DNA of 60,928 bases, counting the filler. It is 11 parts of 11 records of this genome, joined end to end, with 100 filler letters (N's around TTAATTAATTAA, not from the genome) between each part and the next. Parts side by side here need not be neighbours in the genome. Positions count along the whole stretch, not along the records: positions 54,915 to 60,928 come from SRR7504441_10474; 10 more parts are not named here. One strand, written 5' to 3'. The notes below the pieces were generated by a model that saw only the letters and a program-made list of their open reading frames with translations, was not told where the DNA came from and did no database searches. Position 1 is the first letter of the stretch. Each line of letters opens with the position of its first letter. The translations under genes and the position numbers were made by a program. Shown here piece after piece: positions 56,135 through 60,928 of the stretch.

Positions 56135-59068
56135 ATGAACATGAATGCCCCGGCCCCGGTGGACCTGCGCACGGCGACCAAGGAAGAGCTCCAAGGGATT
56201 GCTGGGGTGGGAGAGGTGCTCGCCGGGAAGATATTTCAGCAGCGGCGGCGCTGGTGCTGCCTGGAGGACGTCAAGAAGGTCAAGGGGATCAGCGAGGCCA
56301 AATTTGCGCGGATGCTGGGGGACCGCCACTACTGGAGCCGCGAGCCGCTGCCGTTGGCCCCGGTGGACCACAACCGACCGGTCAACCGCGAGCCTGAGGG
56401 CTGCAGCAGCGGGTCCGACGAGTCCGACGAGCCGCGGGGCGACTCGGACAGCGACCTGGAGGATTCGGAGCTCGACCTGGAGGATTCGGACCGGTGTAGC
56501 AACGCACAGGATGAGGAGGCGGACGATCTTTCCGACCGATTTAAAACGGCCACTGCGCTTGGGCCCAGGGATGACGGCCTGATGAGCCCAGAGCCGCCCG
56601 CTGGCCGGAGCAATAGCACCGCGCCAGGGCTGCTACAGGCGACAGCCAAGGCTGCCGTCAGCGGGGTGGGCGCGCTGGCCAGCACCGCGTTTACAGTCAG
56701 CCGAGCGGCCGGCAGGGCAGTGAACAACATCATAAGCATGCGGTACAGCTCAGCCAAACCGGAGCCGCCCCGTCCAGTCCGGATCGGGCTGAACAGCCCA
56801 CATACCAATGCCTCCAATAACATTGCACCAGAAGAGCGGCGAAAGGCTCGAAGGGCTGTGCTGAGGTGCCGAGGCGGCAACTGGTTGCTGGAGCAAGCGG
56901 ATGATCCAGCGAGTAGTCATTTGTTTGAAGAGAACGAATTCGAGCGCGAGGCTCGGGCCAGGCTGGTGGATCAGTTGGGCTCTGAGCGACAGTTGCGGCG
57001 GCTGTTCCGACAAGAAGGGCTGGAGCGGCTGATGTGCGTTAACTATAAGGAGATGAGCAATAGCTGTGACGAAATTGAGCGTTGGTTGCAACGATCGCAC
57101 CGTTATGATGGCCACGAATGGGAGCTGCTGCTACCCTCGTGGGAGAGGCCCGTAGTATGGATGTGGGCTGCGGATGGGACGGCTCGGACTAGTCACGTTG
57201 TGCGCGAGAGTCTGCTCCCATTGAGGCTGCAGCCAGGCGGCCAGATGTTGCTGCACAAGTATGTGAAGCGACTCAAGCTGCAGATGTCGACCACTGTTGC
57301 CACCCGCCGAGTGCGTCTGGAGTTCGAGCCAGATAGGTTTGCGGCGGATGGGAGCAACATGACCGACGGATGTGGCCGGATGCACCCAGAAACTATGCTC
57401 CGGCATCGTGTGGACTATCTCCTGAAGACCCGGGCCAACCAGGCTATCTGGCCAGAGATGCTACGAGGCAATCCATTCATGCAGATTCGCGTCGACGGGA
57501 GGATCAAGGGCGGAGTCATACCAGACCCCAACGTGTCTCAAGGCGTGCTCAAGGTGACTGATTCGATGAAGAAGTTTGATTCGGGCTCGCCGGATTCGGG
57601 GATGGTCGAGGTTTGTTCGGTTGGGTTTGCGAAGGTGCGGAGGGAAGTCAGCCTCAGCTTGCACCTGCTATATGTGCTCGAGGCGCGTGGTTGGATGGCA
57701 GAGGACATTCTGGAAGTGTGGCAGGAAAATCTAGATGGCAGCTTGCAGAATGCTCTCGAGCCAGCTGAAGACGGGCTGCCTAAGAACAGCTACGATGATC
57801 TCCAAAAGATGCTCAGTGGCGGGATGAAGATCGGCGAGGATCCGTTCCTGACCCACAAGATCTATGAGCAACACATCAAAGAGCTCGAGGGCGCCTCGGC
57901 ATACTTGAGGGATCTCAAGAAAGACAAGCAAAAGAAGAAGCAATTCCAGTTACACCTCCGCCCAGAGCAAGCTGGATACTTCTTCATCGCCTGGGATGCG
58001 TCTGGGCAGTTACATGACGAGCAGTGCTACCTGCACTGTGATGGGAAATGGAAACATGGAAGAGTGGCACTGCTCAGGAATCCCTCGTACCGCTCGTACG
58101 ACGTGGTGGTTCTTGACTGTGTTGTGCCAGCAGCGGCAGTAGTTGAGTATTATCACGACTGGCAGTATCTGCCAACTGAAACCATTATACTGTCGGCAAA
58201 TATGAAGAACGCGACATCACTTGCAGGTAGACAATCAGGCGGGGACCAAGATGGCGACAAGTCAATAATCATAACAGATGAAGAGATTGTGCGGTTAATC
58301 AGTGAAAATCCAAAGCCACGACAAGCGAACGGGCTTGCTGAACATCTCAAGAACGGAGAGAGTAGGGTCAGCTGCCAAATGAGCCCGCAGGAAGTCAACA
58401 GTCAGCTAGCATTCTGGGCGAAGACAATGTCGACATCTTGTCACCAGATTGGGATCAACACCAATCATCTGCTCAAACTGTGGGAGGCCTATGGTGTGGA
58501 TTCCGAGCAAGCTGACCAGGCTGCAAATTTGTGTGAGCGGCAAGTGGACAGGCCCTGGCAAGCTCAGAAGCCAGCACATGCCATGTGGCCAACTCCACGG
58601 TCAAGCTGTCTGAGGTTCAAGCTACGAGATCATCTGGAGCGCAGAATCAAGGATATCAAGGATAAGAGGCATACCGCAATACTTCGAGCCACTGGAGACT
58701 CTGATGTGCTGGCTCTCATTAAACGCGAGGCTGGCCACTTACAAGAAGTCGAGGGCCGCGTGGAGAGGTGCATTCAAGATTTCAACAGTGACGTCGCTGA
58801 AAGCTGCAGAGCTCAAGACAATCTGACCGAAATCATGCGCGATAGTATCATGCCGATTCATTCGCAAATATTTCGGCAGCAATTCTCTGCGGTCGTCCAA
58901 GATCTGGCCGCACTTGCGGCGTACAAATTGACAATGAGCAGAGTCCGAAAGAATTTGACCGGCCCTTACAGCGAATCTAACCCATTGACCGGGTGCACGT
59001 TCGTTTACAGAATCGCGTTAGACAATTTGCTGCAATTGAAAGCTAAAGCTCGTATACAAGACAGCTAG
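56135..59068 (+). CDS. Cellular RNA-dependent RNA polymerase (RDR/QDE-1 family) with an N-terminal ComEA-type helix-hairpin-helix domain
   Basis: MTDGCGRM, MQIRVDGRIKG, SMKKF, WDASGQL, LLRNP, SGGDQDGD, QVDRP in the canonical order. N-terminal VDLRTATKEELQGIAGVGEVLAGKI...EDVKKVKGIS. Single uninterrupted ORF. Confidence 0.9.
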   Translation: MNMNAPAPVDLRTATKEELQGIAGVGEVLAGKIFQQRRRWCCLEDVKKVKGISEAKFARMLGDRHYWSREPLPLAPVDHNRPVNREPEGCSSGSDESDEPRGDSDSDLEDSELDLEDSDRCSNAQDEEADDLSDRFKTATALGPRDDGLMSPEPPAGRSNSTAPGLLQATAKAAVSGVGALASTAFTVSRAAGRAVNNIISMRYSSAKPEPPRPVRIGLNSPHTNASNNIAPEERRKARRAVLRCRGGNWLLEQADDPASSHLFEENEFEREARARLVDQLGSERQLRRLFRQEGLERLMCVNYKEMSNSCDEIERWLQRSHRYDGHEWELLLPSWERPVVWMWAADGTARTSHVVRESLLPLRLQPGGQMLLHKYVKRLKLQMSTTVATRRVRLEFEPDRFAADGSNMTDGCGRMHPETMLRHRVDYLLKTRANQAIWPEMLRGNPFMQIRVDGRIKGGVIPDPNVSQGVLKVTDSMKKFDSGSPDSGMVEVCSVGFAKVRREVSLSLHLLYVLEARGWMAEDILEVWQENLDGSLQNALEPAEDGLPKNSYDDLQKMLSGGMKIGEDPFLTHKIYEQHIKELEGASAYLRDLKKDKQKKKQFQLHLRPEQAGYFFIAWDASGQLHDEQCYLHCDGKWKHGRVALLRNPSYRSYDVVVLDCVVPAAAVVEYYHDWQYLPTETIILSANMKNATSLAGRQSGGDQDGDKSIIITDEEIVRLISENPKPRQANGLAEHLKNGESRVSCQMSPQEVNSQLAFWAKTMSTSCHQIGINTNHLLKLWEAYGVDSEQADQAANLCERQVDRPWQAQKPAHAMWPTPRSSCLRFKLRDHLERRIKDIKDKRHTAILRATGDSDVLALIKREAGHLQEVEGRVERCIQDFNSDVAESCRAQDNLTEIMRDSIMPIHSQIFRQQFSAVVQDLAALAAYKLTMSRVRKNLTGPYSESNPLTGCTFVYRIALDNLLQLKAKARIQDS

Positions 59069-59165
59069 TATTCAATAAACCAACTACTCAAAGTGTCTCA
59101 AAGTCTCACGAGTCTGCAATTGTGTGGTGTGACCGTAGCGCACGTGATTGTTATAGGATATATTA

Positions 59166-60800
59166 TCATATTGGCCGAATGGGTCCGGTTAGAAAATCTG
59201 GATTTCGACTAGGCTCTTGGGCCGTGGTGGCGTTACGTTCGACTCTGGCGCCGTCATGCTCGGTACTAGTTGCCCTGCACAGCAGCAAGCAGTTCTCGAG
59301 TGAGCCGTGCTCGCTGTCTGCATTGCAGTAGAACATCAGTTGCGCATCGATCCCGCACTGGCGCAGCCGCTCCACCCGCCCCATGTCGAGCAGCCGCTTC
59401 ACCTGCAGTCCGACCTCCACCCGCTTCTCCACCGTCATCTCCGACTCAGCCTGCCCAGGGCTCCGGCTATTCGACGCTTGTCCAGGCCTCTCGCCTGAAC
59501 CCAACTCAGCTCGAGCCCGCGCATCTGAGCACCGCACACAGCCCAGCTAGACATGCACCGCAGGTACTCAAACTCCCTCCGTGAGAACCCGATCGACTCG
59601 AGCCAGTGTTTGCCCACATAAGAGTGCCAGTGACACCTGCCCACAGACTGAATCGATTCCGCCCCAGCACAGACCTGTGGTGGCAGCAAAGAGCAATCGC
59701 CGCCCCGCGCACCGGGACTTGGGCCAGCTTCCCGCCGACCAGGCTCCGGAGCGCATAGTCGGTGGCCTGGCCGCACAGATGCTTGCCCACCCCAACCACC
59801 GGCCTGCCCCCGCTCAGTCCTGTATCGCACCCAACACTCACCGGCCGCCAATCTCCTCTAGACCGGACAGCTCGAGGTGCTTAATATCTATCCGGTGCCT
59901 GACGTACCCAACCCGTCGGTGGTACCTGTCTGTCGGTTAGGGCTGCCCCGGCCCGACCGACCGATCGTCCTTGCAACGCACACTCCCGCAGTCTAGCAAC
60001 ACGTGTACAGCCTGGTCGCCCGTGGCCGCAGCCAGCGTGTGACTCAGCCCGCCTTTGCCTGCCCCAAACTCCACATAGCACAGATCCCCCGACAGCATCC
60101 CCTGCCCCCAGCGGTGCGCGACGGATACCGGCAGCGCACCTCGCTACGCAGCACCGACGCAATAGCAGCGTTCTGTGTGCCGTGCTTGAGGGCCTTCTTG
60201 CCCACCGCTGCCTCGTCCGGCTCGGCCTGCTCCCCTGGGGCCGCGCTGTGCGCCGCCTCGCGCGCCCGGACCATAGCAGCCAGCCCATAGCTGTCCGGGG
60301 GCGCCTGAGCGAGCTCGGGAACCCAGCGGGCGGACGCCTCGGCCACTCGGGCGCACAGCCGACCAATCTGCTCCTTGCTGAGCTGCGACAGCGTGTTGCC
60401 CGCCCCGGCCGCACTGGCCACGGCATTGACCGACGATTGGTCCGGGGCCGAGCTACTCTCGTCCCCGCTGCCCGCGTTGGCGTCTTGCCGGTAAAACACG
60501 CAGCCTGCCCCCGCCTGAGCCGGGCTCGCCAGGCGGCGGCGCACCACTGAAGTCGGCCCGGCGAGCGGCATTGCACCGCTTGAGGTGCTTGGCCAGTCGG
60601 TTGCCCTGCTGGCGCATCTGGTCGCCGCAGCGCGGGCAGGCCACCAGCCCGTCCGGCTGCGCGTCGCCCTGGTGGTGCTGGCAGCGGTCGCTCCCGGCTA
60701 TCCGGGGCTGGGTGCAGTACCGCCGCTTCTTGGCCAGCCACTCGCAGCACCGCTGCTCATCCTGCTGCGCCGGTGGACCTCCCTCCGCCGCCGAGGCCAT
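59166..60800 (-). CDS. TRM13: tRNA:m(4)X 2'-O-methyltransferase Trm13, multi-exon
   Basis: CCCH finger CEWLAKKRRYC...CQHH; CHHC-type finger ACPRC...LAKHLKRCN; EFGAGKG; KHLCGQATD; IALCCHH; SSWA; KRLLDMGR; SLENCLL. Confidence 0.92.
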
Positions 60801-60853
60801 CTCGTCTTTTTTTTTTAATCTGGGTCGGCCGTTGGACTTAGTCTAAGTCAGCC

Positions 60854-60928
60854 ATGGCTGTTGTCGTTTCAGCGTGGCGCAGGCCGCTGGTCCTGTGCCT
60901 CCTGGCAATCGCCACACGCCCAAGCGCT
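60854..60928 (+). CDS. 5' fragment of a probable secreted protein
   Basis: MAVVVSAWRRPLVLCLLAIATRPSA, signal-like; cut by the window end. Confidence 0.4.
   Translation, partial: MAVVVSAWRRPLVLCLLAIATRPSA

Noticed and set aside
56135-59068. RNA-virus RdRP or endogenous viral element
   Set aside because: The motifs are the cellular DxDGD double-psi type, not palm GDD; the flanks are ordinary host genes with no capsid, integrase or terminal repeats.
1-60928. tRNA, rRNA, transposase or CRISPR features
   Set aside because: No cloverleaf, rRNA-like, DDE/RT or repeat-spacer pattern recognised by eye; a covariance-model search was not possible.

Overview
This window is not one locus. It is 11 short contigs (about 3-10 kb) joined by ten identical artificial 100-nt linkers (N44-TTAATTAATTAA-N44), so adjacency across linkers means nothing. 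The DNA looks like a compact, GC-rich microbial eukaryote using the standard code: spliceosomal micro-introns of 37-53 nt (GT-AG plus some GC-AG), divergent gene pairs whose ATGs are only 29-136 nt apart, and AT-rich convergent spacers. I cannot assign the taxon. Genes recognised from motifs: a Dispatched/Patched-family RND protein with a large CBM60-like/ricin-like ectodomain, a clan GH-D-like secreted hydrolase, a PDI, DUF202, an F-box-like/Kelch protein, a PILS-type transporter, an SSRP1-M/Rtt106-like chaperone, GT31, a 7TM-TKL receptor kinase, TauD, a GH3 with an inserted X8 domain, a GH141-like beta-helix protein, a P4H-like oxygenase, Trm13, and several coiled-coil orphans. The top candidate for novelty is an intronless cellular RdRP (RDR/QDE-1 family) with an atypical DQDGD loop, fused to a ComEA-type helix-hairpin-helix DNA-binding domain. 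Two recurring non-coding motifs also stand out: MYB-like AACGG/CCGTT in 5' gaps and TAC-NN-GTA in AT-rich spacers. All family calls come from reading motifs by eye; no database search was run, and exon boundaries are manual.
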